Below are positions 1 through 10,003 of a stretch of 64,000 bases of DNA, piece by piece. The DNA is from an uncultured Acidimicrobiales bacterium. GTDB lineage: Bacteria; Actinomycetota; Acidimicrobiia; Acidimicrobiales; UBA10347. Where the stretch lies: contig CALSSD010000008.1 in NCBI GenBank assembly GCA_943788915.1, positions 124,001 through 188,000 on the forward strand, given 5' to 3'. The position numbers were made by a program, and so were the translations under genes. Each line of letters starts with the position of its first letter. The stretch's first letter is position 1. The notes under the pieces were generated by a model. The model was not told where the DNA came from. It ran no database searches and worked only from the letters and a program-made list of their open reading frames with translations.

Positions 1-1100
1 GTAACCTCGGTGACAAGCAGGTTTGCGATGCGATTGATCTCGTCGCTGGCTGGCCCGTCGCCCAACGCTGTTGGCTGGCCCACATCGCCACCTTCGGCAA
101 CTGCGGTGTCGATCGGAATCTTGCCCAGCAATGGCACCTTCAGGTCGTCAGCCAAATTCTGGCCGCCACCGCTACCGAAAATCGGATAACTCTCGCCATC
201 CGGAGTCACGAAGGCGCTCATGTTCTCGATGACACCAGCGATACGCAGATAGTTCTTGCGTCCCATACTCGCGGCCCGAGCCGCGACTTTCTGTGCGGCA
301 AGGGTTGGGGTCGTGACGATGATCATTTCGGCCTGAGGAAGCATCTTGGCCAACCCCATCTGTACGTCGCCGGTACCGGGTGGCATGTCGATCAGCAAGT
401 AGTCCATGTCGCCCCATCGCACATCTTCGAGGAAGTGTTGGACGGCGCGGTTCAGAATGAGCCCCCGCCACATGAGTGCGGTTTCTTCCTGGTCAACCAG
501 GAAACCCATGGAAACGACTTTGACCCGGCCTTTGCCGATGCGCCGCTGGTTCGGTTTGATCTTTGCGCCATCACCGGTTTCGCTTCCTGCGAGCCGGCCC
601 TCGACACCGATCATCCGAGGGACCGAATAACCCCAGATATCTGCGTCGAGCACCCCCACGGTGAAACCTTGGTTCGCAATGGCAGCAGCCAGGTTCACGG
701 TCACGGAGCTCTTACCGACACCACCCTTACCGCTGGCGATCATGACGACCCGAGTCGACGGCGAGACCTCGTTGTCTGGTGGGTTCTCGGCGACACGTTT
801 GCGAGCCCGCGCCATGACTTCGGCCTTTTCGCCCTGCTCAAGTTCAGTCCAGTTGATCTTGACTTTTTCCACACCAGGCAGCTGGTCGACGCGGCCAACG
901 ATGTCTTTCTTAATCTGGGCTCGCAGGGGGCAGCCCATGGTGGTCAGCGCGATCGTGACATGAGCAATGCCGTCGTCACCGAGTGATGTTTTGGGCACCA
1001 TGCCGAGCTCAACAATGTTGGCTCCAAGTTCAGGATCGATGACACCACGTAGGACCGCCAAGATGTCTTCGGGGGTCGCACGATCAGCGGTAAGGCTCAC
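1..1100 (-). CDS. mrp: Mrp/ApbC (NBP35) Fe-S cluster carrier ATPase with N-terminal DUF59-like domain; 3' end outside the window
   Basis: Minus strand from GTG 1100 reads MSLTADRATPEDILAVLRGVIDPELG; motifs ASGKGGVGKSS, DADIWGYS, DYLLIDMPPGTGD, GVIENMS. Confidence 0.9.
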   Translation of the reverse strand, partial: MSLTADRATPEDILAVLRGVIDPELGANIVELGMVPKTSLGDDGIAHVTIALTTMGCPLRAQIKKDIVGRVDQLPGVEKVKINWTELEQGEKAEVMARARKRVAENPPDNEVSPSTRVVMIASGKGGVGKSSVTVNLAAAIANQGFTVGVLDADIWGYSVPRMIGVEGRLAGSETGDGAKIKPNQRRIGKGRVKVVSMGFLVDQEETALMWRGLILNRAVQHFLEDVRWGDMDYLLIDMPPGTGDVQMGLAKMLPQAEMIIVTTPTLAAQKVAARAASMGRKNYLRIAGVIENMSAFVTPDGESYPIFGSGGGQNLADDLKVPLLGKIPIDTAVAEGGDVGQPTALGDGPASDEINRIANLLVTEV

Positions 1101-1137
1101 CCACCAATTCTAGTGCTCGATCTGGTCGCCCCTACCG

Positions 1138-2394
1138 TCAGTCGCTGATGGACGCGAGTTCCTTACGGACTGGCTTCAGATCTGGGGCGAAGCGCCACGC
1201 CAGAAAGAAGACGAAGCCGCCGCCCATACTCAGACCGGCCGCCACCATGTAGCTCGTGGTGTAACTCGCCACATCGTGGAGCCAGCCAAGCAAATATGGA
1301 CCACCGGCCACACCAAGACCGGTGACGATCAGCTGCATGACCGAGTAGATGCGCGGATAGTCAACAACCCCGAATCGATCCGCGATCACCAAAGGTTGCA
1401 GCATCAGAAGGTTGCCGATTGTGCAGCCGAACAATATGGCTGCCGCAATCAACATCACCTTGCCATGGACCTGGCTGATCCAGATCAGTGAGAAACCTTG
1501 CACGATCGAAAGGATCGAGGTCATTGCGATGAGCCGAAGTCGCGATGCAACAACACCGCCGATGAGCCGAGCGATAACCGAGGCCAGGGCGACCGCAAAT
1601 ACCAACGCAGCTCCGGCATCGGCCCGTTCGGTTCCAAATTTGAACAGCTGAGCGATGCCGCCTACCTGGGCCCCCATGGCCAGGATGAAACCGACGGTGA
1701 CCAGCCAGAAGAACCGACTTGCCACCGCTTGCTTATAGGGAACCCCGGTCGGGGCGGTCGCAGCTTTGCCTGTGGCCGACACTTCGCCGTCGGGGAGTTG
1801 GCCTCGTGTAGCTGGGTCGGGCCATAACGCAACCAGAGAAATGGCCACCGTGACCAAATAGATGAGCGCCAACCATGGCGAAGCATCGGACATGCCCTTG
1901 CGGTCAATGATTGTCGATGCAAGCACGGTGATCGTGAGTCCGCCAACAGACAAGCCAGTGGAAGCAACGGATAGCGCCACCGAACGTTTGACATGGAACC
2001 AACGCGTCACCAGCGTTGTGGCCGGCACCAGGCCACTCATGCCAACACCAATGGCGAACACCACGTAACTCAGATACAGCGGCAGCAATGCGGTGGATCG
2101 GCCAATCAGGAGCAGGCCTGCTGCGGCGATCACGGCGCCAGCACCAACGACGAGGCGCAGATCGTGCTTCTGTATCACCGGCGCGATCAGGCGACCTGAG
2201 ATTGCGCTGACGATGAAGAAGATCGAGGTAGCGAATGAGACATCAGCGGTGCTGAAGCCTTGCTCGTCGGTAATTGCCTCGAGGAACACGGACAGGCCGT
2301 AGAACCCGAGGCCAGCATTGACCATGAGAAGAATGAAGACAGAAGCAACGACATACCAGCCGTCGAAGATGCGCCCGGGCGCGGTCTTGTTCAC
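1138..2394 (-). CDS. MFS transporter
   Basis: 418 aa with about 12 hydrophobic helices; N-terminal GWYVV and TRWFHVKRSVALS motifs. Confidence 0.9.
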   Translation of the reverse strand: MNKTAPGRIFDGWYVVASVFILLMVNAGLGFYGLSVFLEAITDEQGFSTADVSFATSIFFIVSAISGRLIAPVIQKHDLRLVVGAGAVIAAAGLLLIGRSTALLPLYLSYVVFAIGVGMSGLVPATTLVTRWFHVKRSVALSVASTGLSVGGLTITVLASTIIDRKGMSDASPWLALIYLVTVAISLVALWPDPATRGQLPDGEVSATGKAATAPTGVPYKQAVASRFFWLVTVGFILAMGAQVGGIAQLFKFGTERADAGAALVFAVALASVIARLIGGVVASRLRLIAMTSILSIVQGFSLIWISQVHGKVMLIAAAILFGCTIGNLLMLQPLVIADRFGVVDYPRIYSVMQLIVTGLGVAGGPYLLGWLHDVASYTTSYMVAAGLSMGGGFVFFLAWRFAPDLKPVRKELASISD

Positions 2395-2519
2395 TGGTTA
2401 ACAGTACGGCCACGGCCAGCCCAGGTTGTAGCCCGGCGACACACCTTGTGACCGTTCGCGCCTTCTCTGTTGTGCGCCATCAACATTTGACGACCAATGT
2501 TGACGACCAGGCCAGACGC

Positions 2520-2551
2520 GACACGAGACCGACGTATGCCGGTCTCGTGTC
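2520..2551 (-). terminator. Hairpin downstream of erpA
   Basis: gacacgagaccg...cggtctcgtgtc inverted repeat. Confidence 0.55.
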
Positions 2552-2636
2552 TCTGTTCTTAGTTCTCTGTTCTTGGCTGGTTCTTGGTTCGAACTTGTGA
2601 GCTCGACCGTCTAGCTGAACGGTGTAGCTGAGATGA

Positions 2637-2957
2637 CTAGCTGAAGGAGCTGCCGCAGCCGCAGGTGCGTTGGGCGTTGGGGTTGTTGATGCTGAAGCCG
2701 GTCTCTTGCAGACCGTCCTTGTAGTCGAGGGTTGCACCCTCGAGCAGCATGGCGCTCGATGCATCGACGACAACCTTTACACCCTCGTATTCATGGGTGT
2801 TGTCATCGTCGGCGAATTCAGAGTCGAAGAACATCTCGTAGCTGAAGCCTGAACAACCGCCAGGACGGACAGCTACGCGCAGTGCGAGGCCATCTTCGTC
2901 TTCATCGGCGAGAAGCGCCCCCACCTTGGTGGCTGCATTATCGGTAAGGGTGATCAT
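2637..2957 (-). CDS. erpA: A-type Fe-S carrier (HesB/IscA/ErpA family)
   Basis: GGCSGFSY and NPNAQRTCGCGSSF motifs. Confidence 0.9.
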   Translation of the reverse strand: MITLTDNAATKVGALLADEDEDGLALRVAVRPGGCSGFSYEMFFDSEFADDDNTHEYEGVKVVVDASSAMLLEGATLDYKDGLQETGFSINNPNAQRTCGCGSSFS

Positions 2958-3107
2958 CTTGTCTCCTACTCAGCGAGCTGTCGAAGTACGTCAACGCATT
3001 GATATCGCAGCATTGTTCCCACACTCTCACCGAGCGACAGTTACCTCCCGAGCCAGCGCACGGTGTCATGGCGGTCAACCCCGGTTCATGGGCCTTAGCC
3101 TGGCCTG

Positions 3108-4643
3108 GTGAGTGACGTTCCGATCATCGAGTTCGAGGTAGACGGCCAGCAAGTGCAGGTGCCCGACGATGGCTCCAACTTGCTTGGGACCTTGCGTGAT
3201 TATCTCGACAAACGGTCCGCCAAAGACGGCTGCTCACCCCAAGGCCAATGTGGTTGCTGCACGGTATTGATCGACGGCCAACCCCGGGTTGCGTGTGTGA
3301 CGCCGACTCGGCGAGTCAAGGGCCGTTCCATCACCACACTCGAAGGGTTCAGCGCCGAGGAACGAGCACGTTGGGGTGGAGCATTCTGCGCCACAGGTGC
3401 GAGCCAGTGCGGCTTCTGCACACCCGGCATCATCGTGCGTCTCGCTGGTCTCGAAGAGAAGAAACCAGACGCAACCGAAGAGGACGTTCAACGGGCCCTG
3501 TCGGCGCATCTGTGCCGCTGCACCGGTTGGCAGACGATCATCGAGGCTTGGAACCAGCGCGACACCGCCGTCGACGACGGCCGGGATCTCGATGCTGCCG
3601 CGCAACGAGCAGAACTCGAAGGCGGCAATGTCCAGGCGGTGTCGATATCAGTTGCTCTGGGCGATGGCGGGTTCGCCGATGACCGAGCTCCCGCCGATGC
3701 GCTGGTGGCGGTGCTGAGCGAAACCGGCGAATGGGTCGTCGGCGAGTCGCTGCATCAAGCCCGCACGATGGCAGGCAAGGTTCAAGGACGCAGAACAACT
3801 CTTGAATCCACCCACCCAGTCGCTGTTCCCGACGGAGAGTGGGCGGCCACACTGCAAACGAGCTGGGTCGATCCCGCGTACCTCGAGACCGACGCTGCTT
3901 GGGCACTTCCTGGCGAACCAGCTGTTTCTCCGCTCACAAACGGCGGCGCGTTCGGCGGCAAGGTCGATTCGAGTGTCACCGGAGTCGCCGAGCGACTCGC
4001 AACCGAACACGGCCGAGCTGTGCGGGTGCTTTATAGCCGAGAGGACTCAATCCGGCTTGGGGCAAAACGGCCGCCGGTGGCCGGCGGCGCCCATGCCGAT
4101 GGCACTGGCGTTCTGCACGTAGTGGCCACACCCGGCATCGACGAAGCCATCGCTGCTGTGGCCCCTGGACTCGCCGTGGAGCATGTGCAGGTACCAACCG
4201 AACTTCGCACCTCGTCCGATATTCGCGGGGCCGGATGGGTCGAAGCAGTTGCCCTTGTTGCGCTCGCGACCGGCGAGCTGACACGAGTCCAGCCACCAGG
4301 CAGCGGGTGGGCTGAAGCAACCGTGAACGATGACGGCATCACCGTCCAAGTTGGCGCAGGGGCAGTTCTCGACGAGGTCGTCCTTCGCAGCTATTGCATC
4401 GGCGCTGCCCACATGGGCTACAGCCTGGTCATGGGCGAAGCCCTCGCCGTCGACCAGGGCGGGATCGTCAAAGATCTCACCGTGCGTTCCTTCGGCGTCG
4501 TGCGGGCAGCAGACACACCCACCATCACCATCGAGATCACCGACGACCACGGCCCCGCTGTCAACGTCAGCGACGCGGTGTTTGCCGCAGTCGCCGCCGC
4601 AACCGCCCTCCACGTCAACGCCACCGCCTGGCCCCACGGGTAG
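3108..4643 (+). CDS. 2x[2Fe-2S] domain fused to a shortened molybdopterin-binding module (xanthine dehydrogenase-like)
   Basis: GCSPQGQCGCC, QCGFCTPG, HLCRCTG, GGAFGGK; only 511 aa. Confidence 0.8.
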   Translation: MSDVPIIEFEVDGQQVQVPDDGSNLLGTLRDYLDKRSAKDGCSPQGQCGCCTVLIDGQPRVACVTPTRRVKGRSITTLEGFSAEERARWGGAFCATGASQCGFCTPGIIVRLAGLEEKKPDATEEDVQRALSAHLCRCTGWQTIIEAWNQRDTAVDDGRDLDAAAQRAELEGGNVQAVSISVALGDGGFADDRAPADALVAVLSETGEWVVGESLHQARTMAGKVQGRRTTLESTHPVAVPDGEWAATLQTSWVDPAYLETDAAWALPGEPAVSPLTNGGAFGGKVDSSVTGVAERLATEHGRAVRVLYSREDSIRLGAKRPPVAGGAHADGTGVLHVVATPGIDEAIAAVAPGLAVEHVQVPTELRTSSDIRGAGWVEAVALVALATGELTRVQPPGSGWAEATVNDDGITVQVGAGAVLDEVVLRSYCIGAAHMGYSLVMGEALAVDQGGIVKDLTVRSFGVVRAADTPTITIEITDDHGPAVNVSDAVFAAVAAATALHVNATAWPHG

Positions 4644-4824
4644 TCCGGATCTCCTTCGTCGATCCTGTTTCGGGCTCCTACGTCTACGATCTCAGCCCGC
4701 TGATAGAACTCCATTCGTCCGCCTTTCGGCTCGTGCGTCACCAAAACGCTGTTCTAGCTTCACCCGATCCATAGTCCTGGACCGCTCCACGACCCCCGTC
4801 GCCGCACAAGCGAGTTGCCGCGTA

Positions 4825-4933
4825 AACATGACGGTGCCTGGCACCATCATGTTGCGCCAGATCGCCTTCATCACACCGATCGCGTCATGTCGTCGCTGAG
4901 CTCAGTTCATAAACATGACTGTCCCTGGCACCG
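4825..4933. repeat. REP-like palindrome family A (one full copy, one degenerate copy)
   Basis: aacatgacggtgcctggcaccatcatgtt at 4825-4853; degenerate copy near 4912-4933; same element at 17697 and 17815. Confidence 0.8.
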
Positions 4934-5041
4934 CGGCTTGAACCGCAGCGAGTCGGCGGCCCCACACCGATGCCATGCCTGCCTGTGTTCACACGGCCGG
5001 CGCATACCGTGTTGGATCAGTCGCAGGAGTAACCTGGCGGA

Positions 5042-5395
5042 GTGACGAAACCATTGGGTCCTTACACGCCGGTCATGAAGGTCGGAGACTGGGTCATCTG
5101 CTCCGGTCAGATTGCGCTACAAGATGGCGCTCTGCTCGACGGCGGCGTTGGTGACCAGGTCACTCTGGCGCTCGCAAACATGGCCGGGTTGCTTGAGAGC
5201 CAGGGTGCGTCAATGAGCGACGTCGCGAAAACAACCGTGTTCTTGGTCGACATGGATGACTACGTCGAGATGAATGAGGCCTACGTTGCGGCCTTCGGCG
5301 ACCATCGCCCGACCCGCTCTGCCATCGCGGTAGCGGCGTTGCCGGTTGGCGCTCGCGTCGAAATCGAAGCCTGGGCCTACGTAGGAGATAAGTGA
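5042..5395 (+). CDS. ridA: RidA/YjgF family enamine deaminase
   Basis: GPYT, SGQI, KTTVFL, RPTRSAIAVAALP, VEIEA motifs. Confidence 0.9.
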   Translation: MTKPLGPYTPVMKVGDWVICSGQIALQDGALLDGGVGDQVTLALANMAGLLESQGASMSDVAKTTVFLVDMDDYVEMNEAYVAAFGDHRPTRSAIAVAALPVGARVEIEAWAYVGDK

Positions 5396-5396
5396 C

Positions 5397-5576
5397 ATGG
5401 CCGGAACAATCATCATCATCGTTGTCTTGCTGCTGGCTCCCGTCGGCATCTTGATGAGCAGCACCGCATTCGTCGCCGGGTTCACCGCGTTGCTGAACCG
5501 CGACGTTGACATAACCCACGAGGGAAGCGAACTTCTGGACCTGGCCGAAACCGGCATGTCCGTCAAAGCGGAGTAA
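5397..5576 (+). CDS. 59-aa single-TM membrane protein (absent from the ORF track)
   Basis: MAGTIIIIVVLLLAPVGILMSSTAFVAGFTALLNRDVDITHEGSELLDLAETGMSVKAE; AGGAG upstream; starts 1 nt after the ridA stop. Confidence 0.75.
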   Translation: MAGTIIIIVVLLLAPVGILMSSTAFVAGFTALLNRDVDITHEGSELLDLAETGMSVKAE

Positions 5577-5583
5577 TCACAAC

Positions 5584-5700
5584 TAATCGCGAGCGCAGCG
5601 AGTGATTACGGACTACCAGCGTGGGCACAGCTCACCGGGACCGTTGATGCAGTGGCTCTACAGCAGTAATCGCGAGCGCAGCGAGTGATTACGGACTACC
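5584..5700. repeat. REP-like family B, two identical 34-bp copies
   Basis: taatcgcgagcgcagcgagtgattacggactacc at 5584-5617 and 5667-5700. Confidence 0.85.
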
Positions 5701-5701
5701 C

Positions 5702-6454
5702 CTAGTCGATGTCTTTGCGGGACAGGGTTACGGCGGTCATGCCTACCGCAGCAACCGCAACAACAAGTGGGATGACGATCGACGCCCAACTCGCCCTATC
5801 GGCGAGGTCGATCGGCACGTCGGTGCCCCGCTGGAGCATGGTCTGCAGATAACTACGTATCGACAGTCGGGCCATGCCGCTACCGAAGCGAGACACCACG
5901 TTCTCCCACAGCACCAGGTACAGCAGCCCAAGCCATAGACCGGCCGTGAACCGAGCTCCGAGGAAGAGATAGATGGCGCTGTAGGCCAGCACACCAAGGA
6001 TCGCAGCAGCCGTTGCTGGCACGATGAGTGACCCAAATCCGGTAATCGCTGCGGTCGCAACAACCGGCAATACAACAACGGGCGCCAACGTGGTGACAAC
6101 TGCGGCATAGGCGGCAACCGCCAGGTGCCATCTAGGGACGGGTTTGAGCCACAGGTACACCAGTAGCCGGTCTTCGACCAGGTTGCCGATCATCGGTGAA
6201 GCCAAGATGAGTGCGGCCAACGGGATAAGCAGGGAAATGGAATACGCGCTCAGCAGAGCGACGCTCACTTCCTCGAGGTCCGCCTGCTCGGCCGAGGTCC
6301 GCGTCACGACCGCCAGGAGCAGCGAAATGCCGCCGAGAACTCCGAGGCCCACCATGCGACCCTTGGTCAGTTGGCCTCGAAGCAGCATGCGGTAGTAGGT
6401 CGGAATCGATTGCGCGGCCGAAACAGATGGCCTGCGAGGTTCAACAACGGTCAT
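5702..6454 (-). CDS. ABC-2 type transporter permease
   Basis: Six TM segments; VYLWLKPVPR motif; 4-nt overlap with the ATPase gene. Confidence 0.85.
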   Translation of the reverse strand: MTVVEPRRPSVSAAQSIPTYYRMLLRGQLTKGRMVGLGVLGGISLLLAVVTRTSAEQADLEEVSVALLSAYSISLLIPLAALILASPMIGNLVEDRLLVYLWLKPVPRWHLAVAAYAAVVTTLAPVVVLPVVATAAITGFGSLIVPATAAAILGVLAYSAIYLFLGARFTAGLWLGLLYLVLWENVVSRFGSGMARLSIRSYLQTMLQRGTDVPIDLADRASWASIVIPLVVAVAAVGMTAVTLSRKDID

Positions 6455-7438
6455 TGGCCCACCAGATATTTGAAGACACTTTCAAGGTCATCGTCCAGAG
6501 GTTCAATCTCGTACAGCCGGGCATCGGCGGCCTTCGAAAGTGGAGCGATCGTGTGAGCGAATGACGCGATGTCGTCGGTATCAACCTCGATCTGGTCCCC
6601 ACGGAACTGGACACCTTGCACGTTGCCCTGAGCAACCAGTGCTGCGGCGAGCGACCGAGGATTGTCGCTGGTGATACGTAGCCGGCGTGGCCGGTTGTCC
6701 ATCAGTGCCCGGATCTCGTGGAAGTCGCCTTGTGCTGCCAGTCGGCCTTGGGTGATGACCACGACGTTCGAACCGAAACGTTCGACCTCTTCGAGCACAT
6801 GGCTGGACACGATCACTGCCCGGCCTTCGTCGCCGAGCTGATGGAACAGCGCAACCATATTGAGCCTCTGTCGAGGATCAAGGCCGCTTAAAGGTTCGTC
6901 GAGCAGGATGACCCGAGGCTGATGCACGATCGCTTGCGCGAGCTTGACCCGCTGGCGCATGCCCTTGCTGTAGGTCGGCAACCTGCGGGAGTCGTTCGCG
7001 TCGAGTTCAACCAGGTCGAGCACTCGGCGGGCCTCGGCATCGGCGTTCGCCATCCCTTGGAGTTGGGCTGATGCTCGGACGAACTGCAGCGCGGTGGAAT
7101 GACCGAAGACCGCTTCCTGCTGCGGCGCCAAGCCGATCTCGGCCGCGATCTCAGGGTCCTTGCGAGGGCTCTTGCCCAACACCGTCACGGTGCCGTTTGA
7201 TGGCAGCGCAAGGCCACACAACATCCGAAGCACTGTCGACTTTCCAGCGCCATTGGGGCCAAGCAGCGCGGTCACACCCGCTGACACCGCGAAACTGACG
7301 TCGCTGACGGCGACCAGATCACCAAACCATTTCGATACTCGATCGACGACCACGAGTGAACCCTGGGGCGCAACAAAAGAGTGCTGGGCCCGTCGGCGCC
7401 TGCCCTGCCCGAGGTGGCGGAGGTTGTTGTGTATTCAT
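6451..7438 (-). CDS. ABC transporter ATP-binding protein; probable frameshift near the 5' end
   Basis: GPNGAGKST, YSKGMRQR, LLDEP; the coupled ATG at 7438 is out of frame with the body (ORF track starts at 7353). Confidence 0.85.
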
Positions 7439-8305
7439 CGTTCGACCTCGATGGTCTGGTAGCGCCACCAGCTCAGTGCCAGTCCAAGCGCTGCATAACC
7501 CATAGCCACCAGTACCACCACCGAGCCAGATAGCTGGTCGATCGCCAAACCGGTGTCCGTCACGTCAGCAAAGATGTGTTGCCATGCCTTACCGATCACG
7601 TCGGCCGGTGACGCCAGCATGACCCATTTTGTAGTGTTCGCCCCTTCGGTCAGGATGCTGGTGACAATGCTCGGGACGATGAGCGAACCGATAATCGAAA
7701 CGCTTGCGATGCCCCACCGCTTGGGAATCGACGAGACGAACATGCCCAAACCGGTGTAAAAGCTGGCAGCGATGACGCCAGCCACCAACGCCCTACCCAT
7801 GATCTCAATGAAATCGAGCGGGCCACCCGGCCCAGCACCAACGAAGGTGTAGGCGACAACCAAGAAGATGATCGGGGCGACCGTGACAAGCAACATGACG
7901 GAGAACAAGCCGATCGCCTTGGCCAACACATAGGTCGTGCGGTTGAGCGGCGAGGCCAGATACATGGCCAACATTCCTGTTGTCCTGTCCGTGGTTAATA
8001 CCCCCGGAGCGGCAGCCGCGGTGAAGAGAAACAGCGCCCAGAAGATAGCCCCGTAATAGTCGCCATACCCCAGCAGGTCACTGACGCCAAAGTCGGGCAA
8101 GAAGGCAGACAAGCCGACCATGACGATCGCTGGCAGGAACGCCAGGGCAATCGTGATGGCTGGAACAATCTTGTGTTTACCAGCTCGTTTGAGCCCGAGC
8201 GCCCGCCGCATACTGTGCACAGCCCAAGCTGCGCACCGCCCACGCGACCCCAGCACGTTCACCAACATAGGAGCGGTAGCCAAGGTCGTGGATTTGTGTG
8301 CTCAT
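7435..8305 (-). CDS. ABC-2 type permease; frameshift near 8225
   Basis: ATG 8305 gives MSTQIHDLGYRSYVGERAGVAWAVRSL, then shifts frame to AVHSMRRALGLKR; MYLASPLNR motif. Confidence 0.8.
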
Positions 8306-9252
8306 GTCCTGACTCCAAGCGCGGCTGCATCGTTGGATTCAAGGAAGACGTCCTCGAGCGAGGTCGTCTGGTCACCGAGACGACGAAGCCCGACGTCAGC
8401 CCACACGACAACGTCGCGTATGTAGTCATGGATCCAGTACGGATCCGCATCTGGTTGGGGTGGCGCATCAACCATCAGCCGACTCCCCACGACGTTCACG
8501 ATGAGCCCGGCCTTGCGGAGCGTCTCGGCGACCAGCTCGTGACCATCGTCGAGTTCGACCATGACACCGGTTCGCCCACCTCGCATCTCATTGATGTTTC
8601 CTGAGCGAATGACCACCCCATTGGCGATGATCACCACATGGTCGCAGATGCGTTCGACCTCTTCGAGAAGATGCGAAGACAAAACCATGCTGATGCCATA
8701 TTCGGTACCCACTCGATGAATGAGCTCCAGCATGATGTCTCGTTGCACCGGATCGAGGCCGTCGGTTGGTTCATCGAGAAGTACGAGTTCGGGATCATGA
8801 GCGATAGCCGCTGCCAGCTTCACTCGTTGGCGCTGGCCGGTCGACATCGTGCCAATCGGGCGGAAACGTTCTTCACCAAGCCCGACCAGCCACAACGCAT
8901 CGCTGGCTCGTTCAGTACTTGCCTGCTGGGGAAGGCCGTGCAGCTGAGCCAAATGCCGAACAAGATCGGCAGCTTGCACATCGGGTGGCAGATGATGATG
9001 TTCAGGCGAATAACCGATCCGGGCACGAATCTCGGGGCCCGCGGTTTGGGGATCATGACCAAGCACGGTCAGGTTCCCACCATCACGTGGCTCGAACCCC
9101 AGTACCAATGAAAGCAGCGTTGTCTTGCCCGCACCATTCGAACCGAGAAGACCGGTGATGCCTGCGGGGAAGTCGACGGTGATGTCGGACAACACCGAGG
9201 TCGTCCCAAAACTCTTGGCGACTCCGCTGGCTGTAATGACCGCTGCACTCAT
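8302..9252 (-). CDS. ABC transporter ATP-binding protein
   Basis: GSNGAGKTT, MSTGQRQR, LLDEP. Confidence 0.9.
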   Translation of the reverse strand: MSAAVITASGVAKSFGTTSVLSDITVDFPAGITGLLGSNGAGKTTLLSLVLGFEPRDGGNLTVLGHDPQTAGPEIRARIGYSPEHHHLPPDVQAADLVRHLAQLHGLPQQASTERASDALWLVGLGEERFRPIGTMSTGQRQRVKLAAAIAHDPELVLLDEPTDGLDPVQRDIMLELIHRVGTEYGISMVLSSHLLEEVERICDHVVIIANGVVIRSGNINEMRGGRTGVMVELDDGHELVAETLRKAGLIVNVVGSRLMVDAPPQPDADPYWIHDYIRDVVVWADVGLRRLGDQTTSLEDVFLESNDAAALGVRT

Positions 9253-9316
9253 GGGCGTCACCTCGGGTTGGAGCGTAGTGGCACGGTTGTCCACCCAGTG
9301 AGGGTGCCCGAACTCG

Positions 9317-10003
9317 TCACCGTTCCCAATCAGGGATAACCCTGAGTAGAGCTGATTCTGCGAGGTTTTGGAGCGCTACAGGTTGAGATGACGCGATGAC
9401 TTGAGCGACGCACTCGTCGATCGGGTTCGACGTGTCGACCCGAATCTCCGGATCTACCGGTGGCTCATACGGCGCCGAAATTCCGGTGAACTCGGGGATC
9501 TCGCCCGCCCGCGCCTTGGCATACAGGCCCTTGACATCGCGGGCTTCGCACACCTCGAGCGGTGTGTCGACAAACACTTCGACGAAGGCCTCTGGTGGGT
9601 GCAACGCTCGAACCGCGTCGCGGTCAGCGACATACGGCGATACGAATGCGGTGAGCACGATCAGTCCCGCGTCTTGGAAGAGACGACACACCTCGCCAAT
9701 CCGGCGGATGTTCTCGGTGCGATCCTCGGGAGCGAAACCCAGGTCGCGATTGAGCCCAAACCGGACGTTGTCGCCGTCGAGCACATACGCGGCAACACCT
9801 TTTTCGATCAACGCTTTCTCGACCGCGAACGCCAACGTTGATTTTCCTGAACCAGACAGTCCGGTGAACCAGACCGTCCGCGACGGATGACCAAAGTTTT
9901 TGGCCCGATCGGCGCCGTCGATATGGCCTTCGGCTCGCACAATGTTGGCCGAAACGGGCTCTACCCCACCGGCGCCATCAGCCAACGACGCTCCGTCAGC
10001 CAT
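9317..10003 (-). CDS. cysC: Adenylyl-sulfate (APS) kinase
   Basis: [43 protein letters not shown]. Confidence 0.95.
   Translation of the reverse strand: MADGASLADGAGGVEPVSANIVRAEGHIDGADRAKNFGHPSRTVWFTGLSGSGKSTLAFAVEKALIEKGVAAYVLDGDNVRFGLNRDLGFAPEDRTENIRRIGEVCRLFQDAGLIVLTAFVSPYVADRDAVRALHPPEAFVEVFVDTPLEVCEARDVKGLYAKARAGEIPEFTGISAPYEPPVDPEIRVDTSNPIDECVAQVIASSQPVALQNLAESALLRVIPDWER

Noticed and set aside
2551..2592. gttct-rich low-complexity tract
   Set aside because: Short irregular repeat next to a terminator with no supportable function.
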